DNA of 51,024 nt, taken from contig CAVTHS010000001.1 of assembly GCA_963734535.1 (NCBI GenBank), positions 1 through 51,024 of the forward strand, read 5' to 3'. Both the position numbers and the translations under genes were made by a program. Numbering within the stretch: the first letter of the stretch is position 1; each line of letters opens with the position of its first letter. Under the pieces are notes generated by a model. That model searched no databases. It had not been told where the DNA came from and worked only from the letters and a program-made list of their open reading frames with translations. Shown here one piece after another: positions 1 to 9,674 of this stretch. This DNA comes from an uncultured Chloroflexia bacterium (GTDB lineage: Bacteria; Chloroflexota; Limnocylindria; Limnocylindrales; CSP1-4).

Positions 1-398
1 TTGACGCCGGCCGCCGCGCATTCCTCGACGGTCGCCGGGATGGTGGTGGCCGGCGTCGCGATGACGACGAGCTCCGGGACCTCGGGGAGCGCCGCGAGGT
101 TCGGGTAGGCGCGGACGCCGAGGATGCTGGGGCGCTTCTGGTTGACCGGGTAGACGGTGCCGCCGAACGGGCTGCTGATCAGGTTCCAGAAGACGGTCCG
201 GCCGACGCTCCCCAGCTTCTCGGTGGCACCGATGACCGCGACGCTGGCCGGCTCGAAGAACGAATCCAGCGGGTTGCGGCCGTAGCCCAGCACGTCGCTC
301 GAGCGATCCCCGATCGGCACGCCGCGGCGCGGGGCTCGGTCGGCGGCGTGGGGCGCCGGTGGTTCGGGGGTGGAGGCGGGAGTAGCAGACTCGAGCAC
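1..398 (-). CDS. ADP-forming acyl/acetate-CoA ligase family protein (possibly Pat/YfiQ-like GNAT fusion); N-terminal CoA-binding domain, runs off the window edge
   Basis: Manual translation gives ...NPLDSFFEPASVAVIGATEKLGSVGRTVFWNL...TVYPVNQKRPSILGVRAYPNLAALPEVPELVVIATPA; GTG at 398 preceded by AAGGAG. Confidence 0.85.
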   Translation of the reverse strand, partial: MLESATPASTPEPPAPHAADRAPRRGVPIGDRSSDVLGYGRNPLDSFFEPASVAVIGATEKLGSVGRTVFWNLISSPFGGTVYPVNQKRPSILGVRAYPNLAALPEVPELVVIATPATTIPATVEECAAAGV

Positions 399-639
399 GG
401 GGCGGCTCCTTGCGACGGTGCGCGCGGCGGAATGGCTGCGGTGCGCAGCGATGGTGGCGCGGTCTGTTGGTGATGTGACGCCAAGCGTGCCACGTTTCGA
501 GCACGCGCCGGCAGGGCCGACCGACCCATGCGGGGGGTGCCTCCCGGCCGCGTTCGGGCGGGCCGCGTCGCGGCGCGCACGTCGCCGGGCGCCGCTCCCG
601 AATCGGCCGCGCAGCGGCAACCCGCCTAGACTTCCCGGC

Positions 640-712
640 ATGCATGACATCAAGCTCGGGGCGCGCTGCGGAACCAGCTACCGATGGGCCGCGCAGCTGG
701 CCACCGAGAGGA
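640..712 (+). pseudogene. Degenerate copy of the 5' end of the downstream LLM oxidoreductase gene
   Basis: MHDIKLGARC... aligns by eye at DNA and protein level with MPEVKIGALCWNQYTDW (1387-); TAGACT -10 box 7 nt upstream. Confidence 0.6.
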
Positions 713-720
713 GAGCCACG

Positions 721-1065
721 ATGAGCAACGAACAGGTGGCACCGGCGACGAAGGGTGTCACGGTGAAGCTGCTTGCAACGGTTGACCTTGGCCCTGAGAT
801 CGAGGGCATGGAACGGCGCCAGCTTCGAATGCGCATGGTGACCATCGAGCCTGGAGGCGTCTTCGGCCCGATTCACGACCACAAGGGCAGACCGGGCACC
901 GTCTACATCCTGCAGGGAACGATCACTGACCATCGAAACGGGGTCGCCACGGACTATGGGCCGGGAGTGGGCTGGCCCGAGGATCGGAACACGACCCACT
1001 GGCTCGAGAACAGGGGAACGATTCCGGCGGTGGAGATCTCGGTCGATATCGTCAGGCAGGAGTGA
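721..1065 (+). CDS. Cupin domain protein
   Basis: VTIEPGG..PIHDH.GRPGTVYILQG...E....HWLEN cupin motifs; GAGGAG RBS. Confidence 0.85.
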   Translation: MSNEQVAPATKGVTVKLLATVDLGPEIEGMERRQLRMRMVTIEPGGVFGPIHDHKGRPGTVYILQGTITDHRNGVATDYGPGVGWPEDRNTTHWLENRGTIPAVEISVDIVRQE

Positions 1066-1177
1066 ATCGAGGCACTGATGCGGAGCGTGTCAGGGTGACC
1101 CGCCAGGTCGGGATCACGCTCCCGGGCGAGCGCCTGCAGCAGGCGCCAGATCGATGCGCAGCTCAGGGGGTCGATTC

Positions 1178-1360
1178 ATGGTCAAGGCCGCTCGCCGAGT
1201 CGGGATAGCCCTCGGCTCGTTCGTGATCGCGTGGCTTGCGGTGTCGCTCGTGGCGGGATGGCTCTTCGGCTCCGGTAACATCCTCGTCTGGGTGATCGCC
1301 GTTGTCGTCGGTGCTGGTGTCTACCTCGATATTCTGCGGCGAGACCGGCGGGACAGCTAG
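1178..1360 (+). CDS. Small two-TM membrane protein
   Basis: Two hydrophobic stretches, basic termini, AGGGGG upstream. Confidence 0.6.
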   Translation: MVKAARRVGIALGSFVIAWLAVSLVAGWLFGSGNILVWVIAVVVGAGVYLDILRRDRRDS

Positions 1361-1386
1361 CGTCGTTTGGACGCAGTGGAGGAGAC

Positions 1387-2335
1387 GTGCCCGAAGTCAA
1401 GATCGGCGCCCTCTGCTGGAACCAGTACACGGACTGGGCCGTCGCTGCTGGCCGCCGGCGTCCGAGCCGATCGGCTGGGCTACGACACGCTCTGGACGTG
1501 GGATCACCTGTATCCGATCGTCGGCGACCCGCACGGTGCGAACTACGAGGGCTGGCTGACCATCACGGCCTGGGCAGCAGCGACCGAGCGTGTCCGAATC
1601 GGCCTGATGGTCGGCGCGAACCCGTACCGCGAGCCGACGCTCGTGGCCAAGATGGCCACCACGCTCGATCACATCAGCAACGGCCGGGCCATCCTTGGCA
1701 TCGGCGCCGCCTGGTTCGAGGGCGAGGCACACGACTTCGGGTATCGAGTTCGGGTCGGGCCCGCCGGAGCGGCTGCGCTGGCTGCGCCAGGCACTCCCGA
1801 TCATGCGCGGCATGCTCGATGGGACCGAGCCTTCGGCGCCCGACGGATCGCGCTACCGAGCGTCGCACGTGCGCAACGATCCCGCTTCCGATCCAGCCGC
1901 ACCTCCCGATCTGCGTGGGCGGCGGCGGCGAGAAGGTCACCCTCAAGCTGGTCGCGCAGTACGCCGACATGAACAACATCGGGGGCGGGATCGAGGCGGT
2001 GCGCCGCAAGGAGGCGATCCTCCTGGAGCACTGCGAGGCTGTCGGGCGCGACCCATCGGAGATCGAGCGGACGACCGGGGTCGGCGTCGTGTTCATCCGC
2101 GACGACCGCGGCCGAGGCGCAGCGCGGCTTCCGCGCCGCGTTCGAGCGCAACCGGGTCGCGCGGCCCTGGGAGAACCAGCCGGTGGGGACGCCGGAAGAC
2201 GTCGCCGAGATGCTCGCGCCCTACGTCGCGCTCGGCTACCGCCACCTGGTCGCGGGTTTCCCGGCCGACTACGACGAGGAAACGATGACGCGCTTCGTGA
2301 CGGAGGTGAAGCCGATGCTCGAGAAGCTGGCATGA
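1387..2335 (+). CDS. LLM-class (luciferase-like, probably F420-dependent) oxidoreductase; 4 apparent frameshifts
   Basis: Pieces in different frames: GYDTLWTWDHL, ATERVRIGLMV, AKMATTLDHISNGRAILGIGAAW, PICVGGGGEKVTLKLVAQYAD, VGTPEDVAE, FVTEVKP; GGAGGAG RBS. Confidence 0.88.
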
Positions 2336-2761
2336 GCGAGCCGGCCGGGGCCGGGCGCGGGCTCGCGGCCTGCTCGTGGGGACCGGGCCGCCTCGACCTC
2401 TTCCGGGTCGCCGACGACGGGACGCTTGCGCACCGGGCCGAGATCGCGGGGGCGCTGGACCGACGAGGAGGATCTCGGCGGCACCTGCGCGTCCGCGCCC
2501 GCCGTCGTCACGTGGGCGCCCGACGCGATGGAGGTCTTCGCCATCTTCCCGGACGGGGCGCTCTGGGATCGCTACTGGGACGGCACGAGCTGGCACCCGT
2601 GGGAGTCGCTCGGTGGATCGCTCGATCCGTCGTGCGTGCCCGCCGCGGCGTCGTGGGGCCCGGATCGCCTCTCCGTCGTCGCGCGCGGCACGGACGGCGC
2701 GACATGGCACCGCTGGTGGAACGGATCGCGCTGGGTGGACTGGGAGCGGATCCCGGCCTGA
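2332..2761 (+). CDS. Short Trp-rich beta-propeller repeat protein (PLL/fucose-lectin-like), 1 frameshift near 2450
   Basis: Three repeats of SWGP.RL..F...DG.L.HR.W.G..W..WE.LGG; ATGA overlap with the LLM gene. Confidence 0.7.
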
Positions 2762-2787
2762 TCGTCGGGCCGCGGGTGCCGGGCCGG

Positions 2788-3422
2788 TCAGGGATCGACG
2801 GAGGTGGCCGGCGGCGACTGACCGCGCAGGCGCGCCCGATGGCGGGCCGCCTTGGCCCGGTTGCCGCAGCTGGCCATGCTGCACCAGCGCCGGCGACCCG
2901 TGCGACACGTGTCCTCGAAGACCCAGCGACACCCATCGTTCGCGCAGATCCGGAGCCGCTCGGTCTCGCCGGAGGTGACCGACTCGACGAGCGGGTCCAC
3001 GAGCCGGGCGAGCGCATCTTCGAGCGCGTCCCCGACGTGGCGATTCCGCGCGACGAGGGCGCCGTCGGCCAGCGCCAGCTCGACGACCGTGCGCGCCCGG
3101 AGCAGCTCGTTGACCGCTCGCGATCGCGGACGTCGCCGCGGACGCCTCGCCACCACCGACTCGACGACCTCGCGGATCGCGGCGCGCGCGTCATGGAGGT
3201 GGGCCAGCAGGTCGTCCTGTCGCGGTCGCCGAGGCGGCCGAGCGGCGCTGACTCCTCCGGGTAGAGGAGGCCGTGCTCGACGAGCCACGCCGTGGCGTCG
3301 GCGAGCGTCGGGAGGTTCTCGACCGACTGACCGCTCCCGTCGAGCTCGTCGGTGTTCAGGAATTCGAGCGTCGTCTCGATCGACGCCGCGTGCCGGTGGT
3401 CCAGGGTCGCCAGCTTGTTCAT
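2788..3422 (-). CDS. ABATE + CGNR zinc-finger domain protein (putative regulator); frameshifted
   Basis: N-terminal LEFLNT; C-terminal RLRICANDGCRWVFED..R.GRRRWCSMASCGNRAKAARHR. Confidence 0.9.
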
Positions 3423-3424
3423 TG

Positions 3425-3502
3425 GTAACCACTTTAGCGGCTTGACGGGTTACGCGCAAGTGGCTATGATCTGGTAACCAGCAAAGCCGATGAGACGGTT
3501 AC
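3425..3502. promoter_or_regulatory. Overlapping divergent sigma70 promoters with two tandem GTAACC-N17-GGTTAC operator-like palindromes
   Basis: + strand TTGACG(3442)-17-TATGAT(3465); - strand TTGCGC(3459)-17-TAAAGT(3436); palindromes at 3425-3453 and 3474-3502. Confidence 0.8.
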
Positions 3503-3528
3503 TTCACCGGCACCACGGGGGGAACCAG

Positions 3529-3650
3529 ATGATGGTGATGGCGTTCACGTGGGTCCTCGTTGGTCGCGGCTGCTCGCGCTTCTTGGTGCGGCCGCTGCCC
3601 TCGATGGCGCCGACACCCGCGATTCGTTCCTCGACGATCGGCGTCGCTGA
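3529..3650 (+). CDS. ~39 aa single-TM microprotein (needs removal of 2 extra G)
   Basis: Corrected read MMVMAFTWVLVVALLALLGAAAALDGADTRDSFLDDRRR*; GGGGGA RBS. Confidence 0.55.
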
Positions 3651-3672
3651 GACCCGGGAGGAGTTGAATCTC

Positions 3673-3914
3673 ATGTGGCAGGCGCACTACTACCTTCATC
3701 GGCTACGGATGCGCGAGCTCGAGGCGGAGGCGGACCGGCGAGCGTCGGTGGGCGCTCCAGGACGGCTGGAACGATCGGCCGACGGCGGACGTTCGAACCC
3801 CCAGCCGCGCTCCGGGCCGGAGCCGCGCGAGCCGTGGCGCTGATCAGCCGCGCAGCCGCCCGGTTCGCCCTGCGGCTCGACGGCCGCGTGTCCGTGGAGG
3901 CAGGCCGGGAGTGA
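3673..3914 (+). CDS. Small basic hypothetical protein, frameshifted
   Basis: GGAGGAG RBS; [22 protein letters not shown]...[28 protein letters not shown]. Confidence 0.55.
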
Positions 3915-4128
3915 CTCCGGCGCGACGGCTGATGCGCGAACGCCGGCCGCCGACGCTCGCTCGCGGGCACCCGGGGCGTGCATCTCACCGAGCCGCCGTG
4001 GCAGGTCGTCGGCGCACGCGCTCCGGACGTCCGGAGCCAGGCACCCGGCACAGCTCCGGACGGGTTCGCGAACGCGACGCGCCGACCGCGATAAGTCGCA
4101 CGTAAGACGCCGCGCTAGGCTTCGCGTC

Positions 4129-4190
4129 AACGCCCGGCGCGCCGGTTGTGCCCCCAGCGCGACCGGGCGTCTTCCCTTCGGTGCTTCGCC
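4129..4190 (+). ncRNA. Candidate short structured RNA or attenuator with CCCCA loop upstream of comEA
   Basis: TAGGCT -10 at 4116; hairpin CCGGTTGTGC-CCCCA-GCGCGACCGG followed by a pyrimidine tract. Confidence 0.35.
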
Positions 4191-4230
4191 AGCCGTCCGT
4201 CGCCGCCGCAGTCCCGCCGGGGAGCTGCAC

Positions 4231-4995
4231 GTGGAACGAGACCTCCCGTGGCGCGTCCTCGAGGTGCCCGAAGCGCCGGAAGCGCCGCCCCCGCCCGGCG
4301 CCGGGCCTGACGGCGCGATGCCGCGGGACCCCCGTCGCGCCGTCGCCATCGCGGTCCTGGGAGCGGTCGCCGCAGTCGCGGCGGTGGTTGCGGCCGTCCT
4401 GATCGGAGTCGGCCCTCGACCCGGGACCCTCGTCCTCGATGGAGGGGCGGCCGGTCCGCGCGGAACAGGGGCGCTCGTCGGGACGTTCGCCCCGGACGCG
4501 GGACTCGTGGCCGGGCCGGGTGTTGTCGTCGACGTTGCCGGTGCGGTGCTTCACCCGGGTGTCTATCACCTGCCGGCCGGATCGCGCGTCGCGGACGCGA
4601 TCACGGCGGCGGGCGGATTCGGGCCGCGCGTCGATGCGCCGGCGGCGCAGGCGCTCAACCTCGCCGCCCCGCTGACCGACGGCATCCAGGTGCGCGTGCC
4701 CTCGCGCGACGACCCGCCCGGTGGCGGCGCCGCGTCTTCGGGCGCGACAGGCAGCAAGGCTCCTGGCAGCAATGCCGCCGGCGCCGGCGCGGGAGGCGGG
4801 CCGGTGGACCTCAACGCGGCCACGTCGGCTCAGCTTGACTCCCTCCCCGGGATCGGCCCGGTCACGGCCGCCAAGATCATCGCGAGCCGTGAGGAGCGGC
4901 CGTTCTCCGCGGTCGATGACCTGCAGACGCGGAAGCTCGTCGGGGCGTCCACCTTCGCGAAGCTCGCCGGCCTCGTGACGGTCGGCGGGCGGTGA
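4231..4995 (+). CDS. comEA: Competence DNA receptor ComEA (TM + SLBB + HhH)
   Basis: [28 protein letters not shown]; [23 protein letters not shown]. Confidence 0.93.
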   Translation: MERDLPWRVLEVPEAPEAPPPPGAGPDGAMPRDPRRAVAIAVLGAVAAVAAVVAAVLIGVGPRPGTLVLDGGAAGPRGTGALVGTFAPDAGLVAGPGVVVDVAGAVLHPGVYHLPAGSRVADAITAAGGFGPRVDAPAAQALNLAAPLTDGIQVRVPSRDDPPGGGAASSGATGSKAPGSNAAGAGAGGGPVDLNAATSAQLDSLPGIGPVTAAKIIASREERPFSAVDDLQTRKLVGASTFAKLAGLVTVGGR

Positions 4996-7692
4996 CGCGG
5001 ACAACGGGACTCGCGCTCGGGGTGATCTGCGCCGCGCTGCTCGCGACGGACGCGCGGGTCGCCGACCTGGCCCCGGCGCTCGCCGCGGTCCTGGCGCTGG
5101 GCGCGGCCCTGCTCTCCCTGCTCGATCGGCGGCCGGCTGCGCGGGCCGCGGCCGCAGCAGCAATCGGGATCGCCTTCGTGCTCGTTCGGGTGGCCGTTGG
5201 CGGCCCGGCCCTGTCGCCGACGGGCCCCGATCCCCTGCCCGCGGGAGACGGACCATGGACGGTCCGTGTCGAGACCATCGCGGCGCCCCGGGACGGGTCC
5301 CAGCGATTCGTCGGCGCCCTCGACGACGGCGCGGGCCTCCGCGTCGACGTCACCGCCCCGCGCTACCCGCCCGTGCGGGCCGGCGATCGAGTCGAGGTCC
5401 GCGGCGTCCTGCGCGCTCCGCCCGAGGGTCCGTACGGCGCCTACCTCGCCCGGACCGGCGTGGCAGCCACCCTCGTCACGCGCTCCACACGATCCCTGGA
5501 CGCCCCCGCGGACGCAAGCCGGGTCGTCCAGGGGATCCGCGCTGGCGCCGGGGATGCCCTCGCGCGAGCGCTCCCGGAACCCGCGGCCGGGCTGGCGGCC
5601 GGCATCCTGATCGGCCTCCGGGAGCGAGTCGATCGCGAGCTCGCCGCGGACTTCACGACGACCGGCCTCTCGCACGTGGTCGCGATCTCCGGCTGGAACA
5701 TCGCGCTCGTCGCGGGCCTCGTGGCTGCGTTCCTGGGAACGTGGCCCCGGCGCCGGCGCGCTGTGGCCACGGTCGGCGCCATCGCGCTCTACACGATCCT
5801 GGCGGGCGCCTCCGCGTCGGTGCTCCGAGCGGCCGTGATGGCGGGCGTCGCGCTGCTCGCGCGCGAGACGGGTCGCCCGGGAACGGCCGCCCGGGCCCTC
5901 GCCTGGGCCGTGGTGATCCTGCTCGGGGTGAGCCCGGGGACGGTGACCGACGCCGGGTTCCAGCTGTCCGCGGCCGCCACCGCGGGACTGCTCGCGTGGG
6001 GCACGCCGCTCGCCGCCCGCCTCCGCGCCAGGGTGCCGTGGCTGCCCGGGTTCGTGGTCGAAGGACTCGCCGTGTCCCTGGCGGCGCAGGCCGCGACGCT
6101 CCCGATCGTGCTGCTCTCGTTCGGCCGGCTGGCCCCGCTGTCGCCGCTCCTCAACCTCGTGGTGGTGCCGCTCGTGCCGCTCGCGATGGCAACCGGAACG
6201 CTCGCCATGGTCGGCGGCGTCGCGGCAGGGGCAGGCGCACCGGCGGTCGTCGCCACGCTCCTGGGCCTGCCGGGCGCCATGCTGATCGGGCTGCTCGTCA
6301 TGATCGTGCAGACGGCCGCGGATCTCCCGTTCGCCGGCGTCACCCTCGAGCCGGGGGCGGGGGCAGCGCTCGGAGGTCTGGCGGCTGCGTCGCTCGTCGT
6401 CGTCGCTGCCCGGCGTCGTATCGCGCGAGCCCTCGGGCCGCGCCGTCGGACGCCGAGGCTCGAGCGAGTGGGGCGACCCGCCACGGCCGGCCACCCGGCT
6501 GGACCGGGGCCACGCGGACCAAGCTCGCTGCGCTCGGATCGCGGCGTCCGCCTTCTGGCCACGCTCCTCGCCGTGGTCGTCGCCCTCGCGACGGTCGCGG
6601 CTGCCTCGCGACCGGACGGCCGCCTGCATGTCGTTGCGCTCGACGTCGGACAGGGCGACGCGATCCTCATCGAGACGCCCGCTGGCGGGCGGCTGCTCGT
6701 CGACGGCGGCCCGGACCCGGACCGGCTGCTCGTGGCACTCGACGAACGGATCCCGCCCTGGGACCGCCGGGTCGACCTCGTCGTCGTCGACCCACCCGCA
6801 CGAAGACCACGTGGGCGGTCTCGCGCTTCTCGTCGAGCGATACCGGGTCGCGCAGGTGCTCGAACCGGGGATGGCGGGCCCCGGTCCCGGGTACGCCGCG
6901 CTCGAGGCGGCGCTCGGCAGCCGAAACCAGCAAAGCGGGCGCCTGGCGGCGGGCGATCGGTTCGCCCTCGACGACGTCAGCTTCCAGGTGCTCTGGCCGG
7001 ATCGGACCGCGGTGCCCCCAGAGCCGCCCGACACCGGCAGCGGGGTCAACAACGTCTCGATCGTGCTGCTCGGCTCGTTCGGCGCGCAGCGGTTCCTCCT
7101 CACCGGCGACGCAGAGGAGGGAGTCGATCCGGTCCTCGTGGCCCGCGGGCTTCCGCCGGTCGACCTGCTGAAGGTGGCCCACCACGGGAGCCGAACCGCG
7201 ACCTCGGATGCGCTCCTCGCCGCGACCCGGCCCGCAGTGGCGCTCGTCTCGGTCGGGGCGAAGAACACCTTCGGGCACCCCGCGCCGGGCACGCTCGCCC
7301 GGCTCGCAGCGCACGGAGTCACGACCTTCCGCACGGACCTCGAGGGAAGCCTGGACGCAGCCCTCGACGGGCACGCGCTCACCGTCAGAACCGGCCGGGA
7401 GCGGGCGCCGGCGCCCACGCCGACCGCCACCGCCGACCGGGCCCGATCCCCGGGCGACGCGCCGCTGCCGGCGACTCCCGGGACCGGTCTCGCCGTCCCG
7501 TATGATCGGGCCGATGTCCATACCCGGGCGGGTCGATGCCGCCGCCCTCGTCCTGTCGCTCGATCCACCGGCGTGGCATCTCCGGCACGTCCGGGCGGTC
7601 GCCGAGGTCGCAGCCTGGCTTGCGTTCCGCGCGGTCGCCGCCGGGCATTCCGTGGACCGGGCGCTCGTGGAGGCCGCGGCCATCCTCCATGA
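4992..7692 (+). CDS. comEC: ComEC/Rec2 DNA uptake channel with C-terminal metallo-beta-lactamase domain; frameshift near 6790; 3' end uncertain
   Basis: [64 protein letters not shown]. Confidence 0.92.
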
Positions 7693-8149
7693 CGTCGACA
7701 AGGCGCTCCCCGCCGACGGGCCCGTCAGGGCCCTTCGCCACGGGACTGGCGGGGCGGCCTGGCTGGCCGCCCAGGGGTACGCCGAGCTCGCCGATGCCGT
7801 CGCGAATCACCCGGTGACGCGCCTCGGCGCGCCGGATGCGGACGCGTGGCTCGACGGGGCGAGCGCGGAAGAGTTGCTCGTCGCCTACGCCGACAAGCGC
7901 GCCGGCCAGCGACTCGTGCCGATGGCGGGCCGGTTCGCCGAGTGGACCCGCCGCTACCCGGAGGGCGCCGACTGGCACGGGTGGACCGGCGTCGAGGCGG
8001 CGACCGTGCGCAGACGCGCAGCACGTCTCGAGTCGGCGGCATGTGCTCTCGCGGGGGTCACGCCTGCGGCAGTCCGCAGGCTTGCGTGGACCGGTCGCGC
8101 GCTGGCGGTCGCGGAGCGAGCCCGCGCCGCGGCCCGGGCTCGCGGGTGA
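7514..8149 (+). CDS. HD-domain phosphohydrolase
   Basis: RH..AVA...AAILHDVDK...RHG...NHPV...AYADKR; TATGAT 7 nt before ATG. Confidence 0.85.
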   Translation: MSIPGRVDAAALVLSLDPPAWHLRHVRAVAEVAAWLAFRAVAAGHSVDRALVEAAAILHDVDKALPADGPVRALRHGTGGAAWLAAQGYAELADAVANHPVTRLGAPDADAWLDGASAEELLVAYADKRAGQRLVPMAGRFAEWTRRYPEGADWHGWTGVEAATVRRRAARLESAACALAGVTPAAVRRLAWTGRALAVAERARAAARARG

Positions 8150-9186
8150 ACTCGCCGGCGCGGGCTCCGATCGGCTACTTCTGGGGCGACGACGGGTACG
8201 GCCTCGAGGCAGAGGCAACCGCGCTCGGCCGGGAGGTCGCGGCCGACGGCCCGCCGCTCACGCGATGGCGCGTGTCCGGGTCCACGACCCGCGTCGCGGA
8301 GATCTCGGAACGCGTCGCGACCGGCACGCTGTTCGGTGGCGGCGCGCTCGTGGTCGTCGAGGATCCGTCCCCCCTCCTGCGGGCACGAGCCGACCGGGAC
8401 GCCCTCATGGCGACGCTCGGCGCAGTGGCGCCCGGCAATGCGCTCGCCTTCCTGGAGCCGACCGACGGGTCGACGCATCGCGCGAAGAGCCTCGAGGAGC
8501 TCGCCGCGGCCGTCACCGCGATCGGCGGCCGGGTCCGGCAGCGCGTCGCCCCCAAGGAGGGTGCGATGGCGCGCTGGATCGGCGAGCGCGCCGCCGAACG
8601 GCGGATCGTGATCGAGCCGGCTGCCGCCGACCTGCTCGCGCGCCGTGTCGGCGGATTCGTCCGCGAGGGCGACGTCGACCGGCGGCGGCAGGGTCAGCTG
8701 GCGGTCGCCGAGCTGGAGAAGCTCGCGCTCTACCGGCTCGATGCCCCGATCCGGCGGGAGGACGTGGAGGCGCTCGTCGCGGATGCGATCCCGGGCTCGA
8801 CGTGGGCGCTCCTCGACGCGGTTGGAGCGAGACGCACCCGCGAGGCCGCAGACCTGCTCGACCGGGTCCTCGCCACGACGCCCGAGCCCGTGGTCCTGGC
8901 GGTCCTCCATCGACGCGTCCGCGACCTGATCGCCGTGCTGGACGAGCAGCTTCGCGGCGAGACCATCCAGGACGCGGCGCGGGCATTGAAGCTCAAGGAG
9001 TACCCGGCCAGGAAGCTCTGGGAACAGGCGCACGGCTGGCGCGCGGACGAGCTCGACGCGGCGCTCGAGGGCCTGCTGGAGCTCGATGCGACGCTCAAGG
9101 GCGAGGCGGCCGCGGACGGGCGACGCCGCCGTCTTGCATTCCTGCTCTGGATCGCGGAGCACGTCGCCGCTGATCCACCCGACTGA
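8146..9186 (+). CDS. holA: DNA polymerase III subunit delta
   Basis: TLFGGG, ARWI.ERA, ELEKLALY, W.LLDAV, LLELDATLKG; comEC-holA synteny. Confidence 0.88.
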   Translation: MNSPARAPIGYFWGDDGYGLEAEATALGREVAADGPPLTRWRVSGSTTRVAEISERVATGTLFGGGALVVVEDPSPLLRARADRDALMATLGAVAPGNALAFLEPTDGSTHRAKSLEELAAAVTAIGGRVRQRVAPKEGAMARWIGERAAERRIVIEPAAADLLARRVGGFVREGDVDRRRQGQLAVAELEKLALYRLDAPIRREDVEALVADAIPGSTWALLDAVGARRTREAADLLDRVLATTPEPVVLAVLHRRVRDLIAVLDEQLRGETIQDAARALKLKEYPARKLWEQAHGWRADELDAALEGLLELDATLKGEAAADGRRRRLAFLLWIAEHVAADPPD

Positions 9187-9261
9187 CGCACGCGCCGGCG
9201 ACGCCCGAGGTCCGCGCTCGCCCGACGTCAGGCGGCACCCGGCCCCAGTCCGGCGACGAGC

Positions 9262-9516
9262 TCAGTCGGCGCTCGACCAGGCGTGCTCCTGGAGGACCAG
9301 GTCGCTCTCGATCGCAAAGACGCAGCGTCCCCTCGCGAGGTCGAGCGTCTCGATCAGCTCGGGGTCGATGTAGAGCTGATGGCAGTCCTCGCAGAGCCCG
9401 CCGGGGATGCCGAAGCAGAGCCGCTCCGTGCGATCGGGCAGCCGGAACGTCGCGTCGAAGCGCGTCGTCACGAGGCGACGCATGCACTCGGGGCACCGGT
9501 CACGGAGGGTTCCCAT
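9262..9516 (-). CDS. Small CxxC...CxxC zinc-finger protein (YgiT/MqsA N-terminal-like)
   Basis: RCPEC...GIPGGLCEDCHQLYIDP; GAGG RBS. Confidence 0.7.
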   Translation of the reverse strand: MGTLRDRCPECMRRLVTTRFDATFRLPDRTERLCFGIPGGLCEDCHQLYIDPELIETLDLARGRCVFAIESDLVLQEHAWSSAD

Positions 9517-9674
9517 TGACGTTCCAACCTCGGGCCTCTCGGCTGGCCGCGTCTGCGGCCGCCGTCCCGAGCATTCTCCGCCTCCGCGCTCGCCGCGGGC
9601 ATAGCCCGCAGGTACCGCCCCCCGGGGGTACATCGTCGGCACTCCCCGCGCCCCACGCGTCGGGGAGCCGCGCG

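Noticed and set aside
4830-7568. 912-aa antisense ORF and many similar long ORFs (e.g. 13829-15262, 16120-17997, 27474-29327, 30289-32115)
   Set aside because: Shadow ORFs opposite well-supported genes; expected at this GC content and lacking motifs
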